NCBI GenBank assembly: GCA_934162125.1
Contig: CAKPHU010000002.1
Location: 195,616 to 259,615 of the forward strand
Length of the DNA: 64,000 nt
DNA from: an uncultured Bacilli bacterium
Lineage (GTDB): Bacteria; Bacillota_I; Bacilli_A; RF39; UBA660
Direction of reading: 5' to 3'
The position numbers and the translations under genes are program-made. This document shows positions 1 to 9,864 of this stretch, one piece after another. The notes below the pieces were generated by a model that saw only the letters and a program-made list of their open reading frames with translations, was not told the origin of the DNA and ran no database searches. Positions within the stretch are counted from its first letter, which is position 1. Each line of letters opens with the position of its first letter.

Positions 1-461
1 ACATCCTCCCTCAATAGACATTCCAGAAACTTCTTCACCATACATATTACTATATAGTTTTAAAACATCTTTCTCATCTAACTGAACCATTATATCTTTA
101 TAATTTTCCATACTACCAAAATTATAATCAGTAGTAACTGGTGACTTATAATTATCAGTCTTAAAATATAAATAAGATAATACTTTAAACAACTTATCTT
201 TTTTACTCATTTCACTATTAGTAATATTTTCATTTTTATAAATACTTGCATATCTATAAATATCCATTTCAAAATCTATTTCTAAAATCTTAATCTTCTC
301 ATCTAGCGAATCCTTAACTTCACTACTTGTAATCTCTACTTCAGTATTATTATCTAAATTATCTTTATTATTATTTTCTTTATTATTATTAAGTAAAGAG
401 TATGAAACAACTCCCACTAAGCAAACAAAAACTATTGCGATTAAAGCAATTAATAAATTAT
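1..461 (-). CDS. hypothetical membrane-anchored protein, N-terminal part (gene runs off window start)
   Basis: Minus-strand ORF starting at ATG 461 (MKKNNLLIALIAIVFVCLVGVVSYSLLNNN...), RBS AGAGGTG upstream; N-terminal TM anchor then N/K/D-rich region; truncated by window edge so absent from ORF track. Confidence 0.5.
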
Positions 462-548
462 TCTTCTTCATCTTATACACCTCTATAATTAATTATATCT
501 CAAATACCCCAGAAGTGAAATAGTATTTTACCAAATAAAAGATACTAA

Positions 549-1124
549 CTAAACATTAGTATCTTCTTTATCTTTAAAATAAATTTTTAAGAGGTTCATA
601 TATCTCATTTTTAAATTTTTCTCAAACGCTGTCATTTCTTTTTCATCGACATCATTTTTCATATAAGCTGCATCATTATTATCTAGAACTACTTTGCCAT
701 CGCAAACAAAGTAAATAGCTGGTAAAAATAAATATTCACCCTCATCATCCCTATAATCTAAATAATCATATAATAAACTAACTAATTTATCATATTCTTT
801 AGTTTGATTATCTCTAATCTTAATAGGATCATAATAATAAATTCTTTCTTTTTCATGTCCTGTTTCTTTCATTGCCTCAAAGAAAATTTTTACTGTTTTA
901 GCCGAAACTTCACTATCACTTGTTCCAAACAAGATAATACCACTACCATTTTCTAAAATATCTAAAATCTCTTCAATGGTTGCATATTTAAATGGATTAT
1001 CTTTAGAAACAGCATATTCTTTATGAAACATTTCTGCATCAGTTAAATCTTTTTCTTTCTTTATAGAACAACCAGAAACACAAACTAATATTAAAATTAA
1101 TATTATTAACAGCTTTTTTCTCAT
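549..1124 (-). CDS. lipoprotein of unknown function
   Basis: Lipobox MRKKLLIILILILVCVSGCS; no recognisable catalytic motif. Confidence 0.6.
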   Translation of the reverse strand: MRKKLLIILILILVCVSGCSIKKEKDLTDAEMFHKEYAVSKDNPFKYATIEEILDILENGSGIILFGTSDSEVSAKTVKIFFEAMKETGHEKERIYYYDPIKIRDNQTKEYDKLVSLLYDYLDYRDDEGEYLFLPAIYFVCDGKVVLDNNDAAYMKNDVDEKEMTAFEKNLKMRYMNLLKIYFKDKEDTNV

Positions 1125-1142
1125 ATATACCCCTACTAAAAA

Positions 1143-2018
1143 CTATGCACCTTTTACTTGACTCATTACTTCTTCTGCAAAGTTTTCTTGTCTCTTTTCA
1201 ATACCTTCACCAACAGCAAATCTAGTCATTGCAACAACTTCTCCATTGTTATTTTTAACGTAATCTGCAACTGATAAAGAAGAGTCTTTAATAAATGATT
1301 GTTCTTCTAAGCAAACTTCTTTATAGAATTTATTTAATCTTCCAACAACCATCTTTTCAGCTATATTTTCAGGTTTTCCTTCAGCCATAACTTGTTCTTT
1401 AATAATATGAGATTCTTTTTCTACCATATCAGCTGGTACTCCATCTCTCTTTAAAGCAACTGGATTCATTGCCGCTGCTTGCATAGCTACATCTTTAGCA
1501 ACTTCTTCATTTGCACCTTTTAATGTAACAATAACACCAATTTTTCCACCCATATGTTTATAGCTACCAAATACTTCATCATCATTTTTAGCAATTTTCT
1601 TGAAACGTCTAAAACTGATCTTTTCACCAATCTTAGCAACTAAAGCAACTAGTTTTTCATTAACTGTTTCACTACCATCTTTAATAGCTAAAACATCTTC
1701 AACTGTTTCAACATCATTAGCTAAAATAATATCAGCTAAATAATTAACAAAGTTAACAAACTCTTCGTTTTTAGCAACGAAATCAGTTTCTGAATTAACT
1801 TCTAAGATAACTGCCTTATTACCATCAGTTTTAATTTGACATAATCCTTCAGCAGCAATTCTACTTTCTTTCTTAGCAGCTTTAGCAATACCTTTTTCTC
1901 TTAACCAATCAACTGCTTTTTCCATATTACCTTCAGTAGCTTCTAATGCTTTTTTACAATCAAGCATTCCAGCTCCTGTTTTTTCTCTTAATTCTTTTAC
2001 ATCTTTTGCACTAAACAT
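1143..2018 (-). CDS. tsf: translation elongation factor Ts
   Basis: N-terminal UBA-like MFSAKDVKELREKTGAGMLDCKKALEATEGNMEKAVDWLREKG typical of EF-Ts; 291 aa; directly downstream of rpsB as in most bacteria. Confidence 0.95.
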   Translation of the reverse strand: MFSAKDVKELREKTGAGMLDCKKALEATEGNMEKAVDWLREKGIAKAAKKESRIAAEGLCQIKTDGNKAVILEVNSETDFVAKNEEFVNFVNYLADIILANDVETVEDVLAIKDGSETVNEKLVALVAKIGEKISFRRFKKIAKNDDEVFGSYKHMGGKIGVIVTLKGANEEVAKDVAMQAAAMNPVALKRDGVPADMVEKESHIIKEQVMAEGKPENIAEKMVVGRLNKFYKEVCLEEQSFIKDSSLSVADYVKNNNGEVVAMTRFAVGEGIEKRQENFAEEVMSQVKGA

Positions 2019-2098
2019 TTATAATCCTCCTCGTATTTATATTATAACTCATTTTTCAAACAAAAAGAAGGAGAAATCCCTTCCTCCCTCCAATTATA

Positions 2099-3058
2099 CT
2101 ATTTAGTTAAAGCTTCTATTAAGTCTGCTTTCTTCATAGCAGAATAACCTTTAACTCCAGCTTCTTTAGCTTTTGCTTTTAAATCAGCTAAAGTTAATTC
2201 TTCTAAGTTGTCTAATTCTTTCTTTTCTTCTTCAGCTTCTTTAACTTCTTCTTTAATTTCTTCTTTTACTTCTTCTTTAACTTCAACTTTTTCTTCTTTA
2301 GTTTCTTCTTTTTGAGCTTTCTTTTCAGCTTTTTCAGCTTTAGCTTTATCATCTTCACTAACGAAGTCTAAGATTTCATTACCATTAGCTTCAGCAATAG
2401 CGTTAGTTAATACACCGATTAATAATTTAACTGATCTAACAGCATCATCATTACCAGGAATTACATAATCAACTACATCTGGATCACAGTTAGTATCTAC
2501 GATACCAAATACTGGAATACCTAAAATATGAGCTTCTTTAATAGCAATTTCTTCTTTACGAGGATCAACGATTACTAATGCTTGTGGCATTTTCTTCATT
2601 TCTCTAATTCCTCTTAAGTTTTTATTTAATTTTTCATATTCTTTTTTAATTTGAATAACTTCTTTTTTAGGAAGCATCTCGAAGATACCTTCTTGTTCCA
2701 TCTTTTCGATTTCTTCCATTCTTCTAACTCTTGAACGAATAGTCTTGAAGTTAGTTAAAGTACCACCTAACCATCTTTCATTAACGAAATACATATCAGT
2801 TCTAGTAGCACTTTCTTCAGCAGCTTCTTGAGCTTGTTTCTTAGTACCTACAAATAGAACTTTACCACCATTAGCAGCAATTTCTTTCATAGCATCATAA
2901 GCTTCTTCAAGTTTCTTAACTGTTTTTTGTAAATCGATAATATAAATATCATCTCTTGTAGTATAGATGAATTCCTTCATCTTAGGATTCCATCTTCTCT
3001 TTTGATGTCCAAAATGAACACCAGCTTCTAATAAATAATTCATTGATACAATTGTCAT
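2099..3058 (-). CDS. rpsB: 30S ribosomal protein S2 with ~85-aa K/E-rich C-terminal extension ending in HeH/Rho_N-like motif
   Basis: [20 protein letters not shown]2 signature; 319 aa vs ~240 typical; tail ...[26 protein letters not shown]...[32 protein letters not shown]. Confidence 0.93.
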   Translation of the reverse strand: MTIVSMNYLLEAGVHFGHQKRRWNPKMKEFIYTTRDDIYIIDLQKTVKKLEEAYDAMKEIAANGGKVLFVGTKKQAQEAAEESATRTDMYFVNERWLGGTLTNFKTIRSRVRRMEEIEKMEQEGIFEMLPKKEVIQIKKEYEKLNKNLRGIREMKKMPQALVIVDPRKEEIAIKEAHILGIPVFGIVDTNCDPDVVDYVIPGNDDAVRSVKLLIGVLTNAIAEANGNEILDFVSEDDKAKAEKAEKKAQKEETKEEKVEVKEEVKEEIKEEVKEAEEEKKELDNLEELTLADLKAKAKEAGVKGYSAMKKADLIEALTK

Positions 3059-3144
3059 ATATTTTCTCCTTCGTTTTTATCTTCTATTAGTTTCTAAAAC
3101 TTTATCACCATATAGGCACTAGATAAGTAAATTCACTAATATGT

Positions 3145-3768
3145 TTATTTTTCTAAAGCTGCAATAATTTCAGCTTTTTTTAATCCAGCAACATCAACTT
3201 TTTTCTTAGCTGCTATTTCTTTTAATTCTGCTACTGTCATTTTAGCATAATCAACTTTTTCTTCTTTTGCTTCTGCTTTCTTTGTTTCTTTTTTAGCAGG
3301 TGCTTTCTTTTCTTCTTTTACTTCTTTCTTTTCAGCTTTAACTGCTTTTTCTTCACGAGCTGCATTTATAGTAACTTCTTTTAAAGCTACTTCTGTACTC
3401 TTAGAAACTTTTCCAGCTTTACCATCTTTAGCAATTTTAACAAATTCACTAAACATCTTAGGATCATTAATTGCTATTTCTGATAACATTTTACGGTTAA
3501 CTTCAACACCAGCTTTATTTAATCCTTCAATAAATCTTGAATAACTAATGTCATTTTGACGACATGCAGCATTGATTCTTGTAATCCATAATTTTCTGAA
3601 ATCTCTCTTTTTTTGCTTTCTATCTCTGAATGCATATTGTCCTGAATGCATTAATTGTTCTTTTGCTGACTTATATAATCTATGTTTACTACCAAAGTAA
3701 CCTTTAGCTTCTTTTAATACTTTTTTATGACGAGCTTTTGTAACTGCTCCATTTTTAACTCTTGCCAT
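3145..3768 (-). CDS. rplT: 50S ribosomal protein L20 with ~90-aa K/E-rich C-terminal extension ending in HeH/Rho_N-like motif
   Basis: [33 protein letters not shown]...[22 protein letters not shown]20 core (~118 aa) followed by [28 protein letters not shown]...[31 protein letters not shown]. Confidence 0.9.
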   Translation of the reverse strand: MARVKNGAVTKARHKKVLKEAKGYFGSKHRLYKSAKEQLMHSGQYAFRDRKQKKRDFRKLWITRINAACRQNDISYSRFIEGLNKAGVEVNRKMLSEIAINDPKMFSEFVKIAKDGKAGKVSKSTEVALKEVTINAAREEKAVKAEKKEVKEEKKAPAKKETKKAEAKEEKVDYAKMTVAELKEIAAKKKVDVAGLKKAEIIAALEK

Positions 3769-3795
3769 TGTTCTTCCTCCTTCTGCTTAAACTAA

Positions 3796-3981
3796 TTAAA
3801 TGATATTCTTTAATCTGTTTTGATCAGCCTTACTTAAGTTTGATCCCTTTCTGTTTCTTCTGTTTGCAACTGCTGATTTACTACCAGTATTGTGACGACT
3901 TCCTGGTTTACCAATCTTGCAATCATTTTTACGTTTTGTAACAACCTTAGCTGTTCCTTTATGTGTTTTTATTTTTGGCAT
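3796..3981 (-). CDS. rpmI: 50S ribosomal protein L35
   Basis: MPKIKTHKGTAKVVTKRK... small basic protein between infC and rplT (canonical infC-rpmI-rplT operon). Confidence 0.85.
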   Translation of the reverse strand: MPKIKTHKGTAKVVTKRKNDCKIGKPGSRHNTGSKSAVANRRNRKGSNLSKADQNRLKNII

Positions 3982-3996
3982 AATTAATTCCTCCTA

Positions 3997-4527
3997 CTAT
4001 TTATCTTTTTTTGGTACTAATAACATAGTCATTATTTTTCCGTCTAACTTAGGTTTTTGCTCTATATCCGCATAATCTACTACTCTTTCAGCAAAACGAT
4101 CTAAAACTTCCTTACCTAACTCTGTATGAGCAAGTTGTCTACCCTTGAAACGGATAGTAAGTTTAACTTTATCTCCTTTTTCTAAATACTTAGTAGCGTT
4201 TCTAAGTTTGGTCTCAAAATCTCCCACATCAATAACTGGTGATAAACGAAACTCTTTTAATTCAGCCATGCTAGCTTTTTGTCTCTTTAAAGCTTCCTTT
4301 TCCTTCTTTTGTTTTTCATAACGGAATTTATTATAATCCATTACTTTACAAACTGGTGGATTTGCATTTGGACTTATAAGTACCAAGTCAAGTGCAGCAT
4401 AAGATGCTAAAGTCAAAGCATCTTGTATAGTTTTAACTCCAACTTGTTCTCCATTAGGTCCAATTACCAATACTTCCTTAACTTTGATTTGATCATTTAT
4501 CAACATGTTATTCTTATTGTTTGCGAT
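3997..4527 (-). CDS. infC: translation initiation factor IF-3 (start codon uncertain, probably non-ATG)
   Basis: C-terminal IF3 fold ...LTIRFKGRQLAHTELGKEVLDRFAERVVDYADIE...; N-terminal region NDQIKVKEVLVIGPNGEQVGVK; ORF-track start at 4599 is probably too early. GGAGGTG RBS at 4535-4541 followed 7 nt later by in-frame ATC (4527-4525); IF3 genes commonly use AUU/AUA/AUC starts. Confidence 0.8.
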   Translation of the reverse strand: MANNKNNMLINDQIKVKEVLVIGPNGEQVGVKTIQDALTLASYAALDLVLISPNANPPVCKVMDYNKFRYEKQKKEKEALKRQKASMAELKEFRLSPVIDVGDFETKLRNATKYLEKGDKVKLTIRFKGRQLAHTELGKEVLDRFAERVVDYADIEQKPKLDGKIMTMLLVPKKDK

Positions 4528-4681
4528 ACCTAACACCTCCATATTCGAACAAATGAAAAGCGGATATATATTTATACCCACTTTAAAAACCATAAACAAT
4601 CTACTTTTACTGGCTTTTGACCTATCGCTATTCGCTGATCAGGTGGATATAAATCTCTTTCCTCATTTCTCGACTAGTACA
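4528..4681 (-). promoter_or_regulatory. infC leader region, candidate L20-responsive autoregulatory leader
   Basis: ~150-nt untranslated leader between the strong promoter and infC; in Bacillus this leader binds L20 for autogenous control. Structure not verified here. Confidence 0.3.
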
Positions 4682-4710
4682 ATTATATGCACATTTTCCT
4701 TATTTGTCAA
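4682..4710 (-). promoter_or_regulatory. sigma-A type promoter of infC-rpmI-rplT operon (TTGACA-17-TATAAT)
   Basis: Minus-strand reads TTGACAaataaggaaaatgtgcaTATAAT: perfect -35 and -10 hexamers with 17-nt spacer, ~150 nt upstream of the infC start. Confidence 0.6.
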
Positions 4711-4732
4711 CAATTTTTAATTATTTTTATCT

Positions 4733-5998
4733 TTAACGATGATAAGCACCAATCTTTTTCTGTGAAGCCTCTATATCTTTACTAGACATTACTCCACTAT
4801 ATCTACTTCTATCATTAGAATTAACAGCTAAATCTTGAACAATCTTACTTCTAGTTAAATGATAAGTTGCTTCACCATTATAAGGCAGATAAGGATTAAC
4901 ATAAAATTTCTTTATTGTTCCTTCTCTTTTCTTTATATCAGATTCCCTCTTATCTAATTTTCGAGTTCTCTCTTCTAATTCAGCTCTACCCTTTTCTAAA
5001 GCTTCTTCTCTTCTTTTTAACTCTTCTTCTTTTTCTTTTAACTCTTTTTCTCTTCTTTCAAGAACTTCTTTTCTTGTAAATACTCTAACTCTTTTTCTAA
5101 CAGGAACCTTTTCACTACCTTGAATTCTTATAATTTTCCTGTCCCCATCAAAATGTCTTATATTATCTTCATTAACAGAAAACTTAGCTTTTTTATGAAA
5201 AATATCATAATATAATTTTTTTCCAGAAGGAAGTACTACTTCATTAAAGAAAAAATTACTATCACCCCAGGCCACAATTTTACAATTAATACCCATATAA
5301 TAATTATTTAATAACTTCTTAAATTGTGCTGCTCTATTAAAAGATATACAACCCTTTTTATAATAACCAGTCTCTAAATTACTCTTATTGCACCAATCAA
5401 ATACAAAATCAGCATATTCTTCTATTGTTGATCCGCCTAATTCATCTCTATGTTCCTCATAAAAATGATATACCATTTTTCTTAACTTTACAGCTCTAGC
5501 CATTGATTCTGAATCAAGTTTATCTACTGCCTTCTTAAAATCTCTATCATTAAGATTAAGTAAATAATAATCAAATGAGTTATCACCAAAATACTTTCTA
5601 TCAGAAATTGCATTAGTATTAGAAACTTCTACATTTTCAGGTATTCTATCTAAATCAATAAAACTTTTAGGATTAAATCCATAATTAGAAAAATCTAGTA
5701 TTACTCCTCTTTCAATAGCTTCCATCTTATTTCTATCAAATAACATTTTAATTGAAGATAACGGAGTCTTATCACAAAACTCTATTATAATTTTAAAACC
5801 ATTAGGTATACTCTTTAACATCTTTAAAAACTCTTCATCAATTGAAGATCTTATCATAATCGCAATACTATCATCTCTTACTTCATATAAATTATTACTT
5901 TTATCAATCCATCTATCATAATAATCTTCTTCTGAAGCAGCGCAAAACTGTAAGAATTGATATTTAGTACCGTTACCTAAAATTTTATATAAATCCAT
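4733..5998 (-). CDS. hypothetical protein with C-terminal charged coiled-coil (KELKEKEEELKRREEALEKGRAELEERTRKLDKRE)
   Basis: 421-aa ORF, no recognisable catalytic motif; occupies the position where thrS normally precedes infC. Confidence 0.55.
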   Translation of the reverse strand: MDLYKILGNGTKYQFLQFCAASEEDYYDRWIDKSNNLYEVRDDSIAIMIRSSIDEEFLKMLKSIPNGFKIIIEFCDKTPLSSIKMLFDRNKMEAIERGVILDFSNYGFNPKSFIDLDRIPENVEVSNTNAISDRKYFGDNSFDYYLLNLNDRDFKKAVDKLDSESMARAVKLRKMVYHFYEEHRDELGGSTIEEYADFVFDWCNKSNLETGYYKKGCISFNRAAQFKKLLNNYYMGINCKIVAWGDSNFFFNEVVLPSGKKLYYDIFHKKAKFSVNEDNIRHFDGDRKIIRIQGSEKVPVRKRVRVFTRKEVLERREKELKEKEEELKRREEALEKGRAELEERTRKLDKRESDIKKREGTIKKFYVNPYLPYNGEATYHLTRSKIVQDLAVNSNDRSRYSGVMSSKDIEASQKKIGAYHR

Positions 5999-6078
5999 AC
6001 GTATTCCCCCAAAGCCACTTAATTATACCATAAAACCTTATAATTCGCAATAAAAAGACATAGTTACCTATGTCCAAA

Positions 6079-6636
6079 TTACTCACATGTATATATATCT
6101 GACTCACTATAATCATTCTTAATACTTTCTAAAGTCATTTTTGCAGCCTCTTCTTTATTATAGTCCCCATCTAAATCAGCTTCTTTAGTAACAGTAATAG
6201 TCTTTCCATCAACACTAACTTTACAGTTAATATATCCGTAATCACTACTCTTATCGCAACCATCTTTATAATTTTCTTCTTCCCTACTCATATCAACATC
6301 AACAAGATATTTATAAGTTGCTATTTCATAATAATGAAGTAATTTATCTCCACTCTTATTAAAGTCATATATCTTACGTATCTCTCCAGAAACACCAACT
6401 TCAGAGTTCTTTGAAGCTTCTCTTTCTTCTTCTAATGAATCATATCTCTTTCCATATCTTTTTTCAATCATATACTTAGAAGTATTATCACTTCTTACAC
6501 ATTCGAATTTATTTGTATAACTTTTTGGTTCATCTCCATTACCATTAGTTACTTCTTTATCACCACAACCAGTAAGTAGCAAAGCTCCACATCCGAGTAA
6601 TAACATCTTTCTAAATTTCATCTTAAAATACCTCAC
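6079..6636 (-). CDS. lipoprotein of unknown function
   Basis: Lipobox MKFRKMLLLGCGALLLTGCGD; D/E/K-rich mature part. Confidence 0.55.
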   Translation of the reverse strand: MRYFKMKFRKMLLLGCGALLLTGCGDKEVTNGNGDEPKSYTNKFECVRSDNTSKYMIEKRYGKRYDSLEEEREASKNSEVGVSGEIRKIYDFNKSGDKLLHYYEIATYKYLVDVDMSREEENYKDGCDKSSDYGYINCKVSVDGKTITVTKEADLDGDYNKEEAAKMTLESIKNDYSESDIYTCE

Positions 6637-6704
6637 CTATTATAATATGAGCATATCAAATATCATGATAAAAAGCAACAAAAAGAGTAGTATCTCTACT
6701 ACTC

Positions 6705-7535
6705 CTATCTTCCTCTAGAATAATAAGTTCCCGTAAAATTACGTCCAGCTTTGCTAGGATCATTTCCCCCTTTAGCACTAGACATACTATTTGAGAAATA
6801 TCCTTCGTCAGTTAAAGTATCAACTGTACTACCTGTAATCATTGAAACACCACTTTTTCTTAATTGATTAACAATTACTTTTCGCATATCAATCTGAAAC
6901 TTTCCTTCTTCATTCTGATAAATTGCTTCATTCCAAAGACTTCTATCTGTCGCCCATGCTGGATAATTATCGTATTGCCAACCTTTGCCAGCACCGCTAC
7001 CAATATAAGCAATTAAATCATCATCATGGGAATCATAAGCTCTCTTTAAAGCATCTACTACCATTTCTGGCATTCTTTTATCTACAAATGCTGCACTACA
7101 ATGAGCAAGTGCCACTGCATGCTTCTTATAATCAGCAACCATTACAACTCTGCAATCAGCAACAGGATGTCCAATTACCACTTCAGGTACTTTATCTGTA
7201 ATAATTAAAATATCTTCTGGTATATCAGTCCAACCATTAGGATTCTCTCTAACATACTTTTCTGTTATTTCAAAAGCACTACCATCTTTCTTTACTTGAT
7301 CTGCCATAAACATCTTCTTACCAGAAAAGCCATAATGTTTACCTAGTTCATCTCTATTAATCTCAAATAATTCTCTTCTTATTTGTGGTGTTAAATCTAT
7401 ATCACGCAAATCTAAGACTTCAGCTCCATAATGTTCCATTAAATATACTTTGTCTCTTAAAGTCAAATTCTGATAATTAATTGAACTAGAATTCATCGAT
7501 CCAAACTTTTTACCAGCATCAATAATATTTAACAT
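6705..7535 (-). CDS. hypothetical protein (weak resemblance to PgeF/YlmD-type Cys/His enzymes)
   Basis: 276 aa; ...GHPVADCRVVMVADYKKHAVALAHCSAAF... loosely recalls the His/Cys/His arrangement of DUF152 but the motifs are not canonical. Confidence 0.45.
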   Translation of the reverse strand: MLNIIDAGKKFGSMNSSSINYQNLTLRDKVYLMEHYGAEVLDLRDIDLTPQIRRELFEINRDELGKHYGFSGKKMFMADQVKKDGSAFEITEKYVRENPNGWTDIPEDILIITDKVPEVVIGHPVADCRVVMVADYKKHAVALAHCSAAFVDKRMPEMVVDALKRAYDSHDDDLIAYIGSGAGKGWQYDNYPAWATDRSLWNEAIYQNEEGKFQIDMRKVIVNQLRKSGVSMITGSTVDTLTDEGYFSNSMSSAKGGNDPSKAGRNFTGTYYSRGR

Positions 7536-7562
7536 ATCCTAACCTCCCACTAAAACAAATTA

Positions 7563-8942
7563 TTAAAACTTAATTCTCTCTTCAATATAGTCTTTAATTT
7601 CATCAACTTTAATTATAACTTGTTCCATTGTATCTCTGTCTCTAACAGTAACTGTTCCATTATTAATTGTCTCATCATCAACTGTAATTGAGAAAGGAGT
7701 ACCTACTGCATCTTGTCTTCTATAACGTTTACCAATAGATCCAGCCTCATCATAACTAACCATAAAGTATTTACTTAATTCTCTATATACTTCCATAGCT
7801 TTTTCACCATGATATTTCTTTGCTAAAGGTAAAACACAAGCTTTATATGGTGCAAGCACTGGAGCTATCTTAAGTACTTCACGAACTTCTCCATTTTCTA
7901 ATTCCTCTTCATTATAAGCATCACTTAAAATTGCTAAAATAGCTCTATCAAGTCCTAGTGATGGTTCAATTACATAAGGAAGATACTTCTCATTAGTTTC
8001 AGGATCTAAGTATCTTAAATCAACTTTAGAATGTTCCATATGAGTACCCAAATCGTAATCAGTTCTATCTGCAATACCCCATAATTCTCCCCATCCCATT
8101 GGGAATTTATATTCAATATCAGTAGTAGCTTTACTATAAAAACTTAATTCTTCTTTTGCATGATCTCTATATCTTAAATTTTCTTCTTTTAAACCTAAAC
8201 TCTTTAACCAGTTAATGCAATAATCTTTCCAATAACTAAACCATTCCAAGTCTGTGTCAGGTTTACAGAAAAATTCAAGTTCCATTTGTTCAAACTCTCT
8301 TACTCTAAAGATAAAGTTACCAGGTGTAATTTCATTTCTAAATGACTTACCAGTTTGTCCAATACCAAATGGTACTTTAGCTCTCATACTTCTTTGAACA
8401 TTTAAGAAATTTGTGAATATACCTTGAGCAGTCTCACCTCTTAAATATACTTTGGATTTAGTATCTTCAGTAACACCTAAATGAGTCTCAAATAATAAAT
8501 TAAATTTTCTAATAGGAGTAAAATCACTAGCTCCACATTTAGGACATGTAATCTTATTATCTCTAATAAAATCCTCTAATTTTTTATTATCCCAACCATC
8601 ACCAGTTTCACTACCATTAGTAAAATCTTCTATTAATTTATCAGCTCTATGACGTGACTTACATTTCTTACAATCCAATAGTGGATCATTAAAATTTGTA
8701 ACGTGTCCACTTGCAACCCATACTTCTGGATTCATAAGTATTGCTGCATCTAATCCATAATTATAAGGACTTTCTTGAATAAACTTCTTCCACCATGCAC
8801 GACGTATATTTTCTTTCAACTCTCTTCCTAATGGACCATAGTCCCAAGTATTTGCAAGACCTCCATATATTTCACTTCCCTGAAATATAAATCCATATTG
8901 TTTACAATAATTTACTAGTTTTTCCATTGTTAAATTTTCCAT
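7563..8942 (-). CDS. glyQS: glycyl-tRNA synthetase (class II, alpha2 homodimeric type)
   Basis: [41 protein letters not shown]... hallmark GlyRS N-terminus; 459 aa; downstream of recO as in Bacillus. Confidence 0.95.
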   Translation of the reverse strand: MENLTMEKLVNYCKQYGFIFQGSEIYGGLANTWDYGPLGRELKENIRRAWWKKFIQESPYNYGLDAAILMNPEVWVASGHVTNFNDPLLDCKKCKSRHRADKLIEDFTNGSETGDGWDNKKLEDFIRDNKITCPKCGASDFTPIRKFNLLFETHLGVTEDTKSKVYLRGETAQGIFTNFLNVQRSMRAKVPFGIGQTGKSFRNEITPGNFIFRVREFEQMELEFFCKPDTDLEWFSYWKDYCINWLKSLGLKEENLRYRDHAKEELSFYSKATTDIEYKFPMGWGELWGIADRTDYDLGTHMEHSKVDLRYLDPETNEKYLPYVIEPSLGLDRAILAILSDAYNEEELENGEVREVLKIAPVLAPYKACVLPLAKKYHGEKAMEVYRELSKYFMVSYDEAGSIGKRYRRQDAVGTPFSITVDDETINNGTVTVRDRDTMEQVIIKVDEIKDYIEERIKF

Positions 8943-8958
8943 TTTATCTTCTCCTCAC

Positions 8959-9717
8959 TTATTTTTTTATTCCTTCAATCATCATTTGTTTTGGTCCCTT
9001 ATTATCTTTCTTAGTAAAAGCTCTACTAAGTTCTTGATTTGCAATTCCACTAAGATCAAAACTAATATCTACTTTAGACTTATCTTCAAAAGATAAAGAT
9101 TCATTTACCCCATAATTTGAAGTAAATCTAAATTTTTTTCCATTAATTAAGCTTTGAATAGCTCCCCTAAAAAATCTCTCTTCATAGCCTGGAATCTTTC
9201 CTCCAACTTCACCATTTCTTAAATAGAAATACATTGTATTATCTTTTTTAGAGTATCGATAGTAAGAATCTTCAGCTTTCATAAATACATAGTTACAACC
9301 AGTACCTAAACTTTGATTAAAAGCTTCTTCTCTATCAGTCAAATATTTATCAACTATCTTAATAGAACGCTCACTTCCTAAAGGAACACTCGCTCTTAAG
9401 CTTTTAGGTCTTCTTGTTAAATCAGTCTCACTTTCTAACTCTGGTTCACATTTTAAAGGTCCCTCAACTACAAGATGTTTCTTTCCTTTTTTATCAATTT
9501 CTCTTCTTATTCCAAAAAGACGAGTATTATCTAAATAGTAATCAACTACTTTATCCAAAATTCCTTCTGAGCTGCATCCTCGTAAGCTATCCGAGAACTT
9601 ATCACTAACTTGAATCTTCTCCATTAAAGTTCCACCTGTCACAATAATCATTCCTCTTATAACAGATATTGTTAAATAGTCATTCGCATCTAATTGTTTA
9701 ATTCCAATTATCTTCAT
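8959..9717 (-). CDS. hypothetical protein co-transcribed with glyQS behind the T-box leader
   Basis: 252-aa ORF with strong RBS (AGGAGG + 7 nt + ATG) immediately after the T-box terminator; 16-nt gap with GAGGAG RBS to glyQS; no recognisable domain. Confidence 0.6.
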   Translation of the reverse strand: MKIIGIKQLDANDYLTISVIRGMIIVTGGTLMEKIQVSDKFSDSLRGCSSEGILDKVVDYYLDNTRLFGIRREIDKKGKKHLVVEGPLKCEPELESETDLTRRPKSLRASVPLGSERSIKIVDKYLTDREEAFNQSLGTGCNYVFMKAEDSYYRYSKKDNTMYFYLRNGEVGGKIPGYEERFFRGAIQSLINGKKFRFTSNYGVNESLSFEDKSKVDISFDLSGIANQELSRAFTKKDNKGPKQMMIEGIKK

Positions 9718-9864
9718 AAAAAGTCCTCCTTATAAATAAAAAACTTCTAGAATGCATAAGGACGAATTAATATCCGCGGTTCCACCTTATTTATTCTAGA
9801 AGAATCATCTTTAGTCTACACTGCTCCGAGCTTTCCACACTCATCATCACACTCATTAAAAAAA
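9718..9864 (-). promoter_or_regulatory. putative T-box riboswitch leader (Gly-type, short form) with intrinsic terminator
   Basis: Minus strand contains AATAAGGTGGAACCGCGG (T-box consensus AAUUAGGGUGGUACCGCGG) at 9774-9791, embedded in hairpin CTTCTAGAA...TTCTAGAAG followed by TTTTTTATT; upstream UGAUGA K-turn-like element and candidate GGA specifier in GUGUGGAAAGC. Confidence 0.5.

Noticed and set aside
2019-2098. Possible attenuator hairpin between rpsB and tsf (GGAGGGAGGAAGGGATTTCTCCTTC)
   Set aside because: Stem is imperfect and short. A weak read-through terminator is common here but cannot be supported confidently from sequence alone.
6705-7535. Assigning the 276-aa protein as PgeF/YlmD (laccase-domain, DUF152) because sepF/divIVA synteny partners include ylmD in Bacillus
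   Set aside because: Only loose resemblance of the His/Cys segments. It is not located in the ylm cluster here and the canonical AHAGWRG motif is absent.
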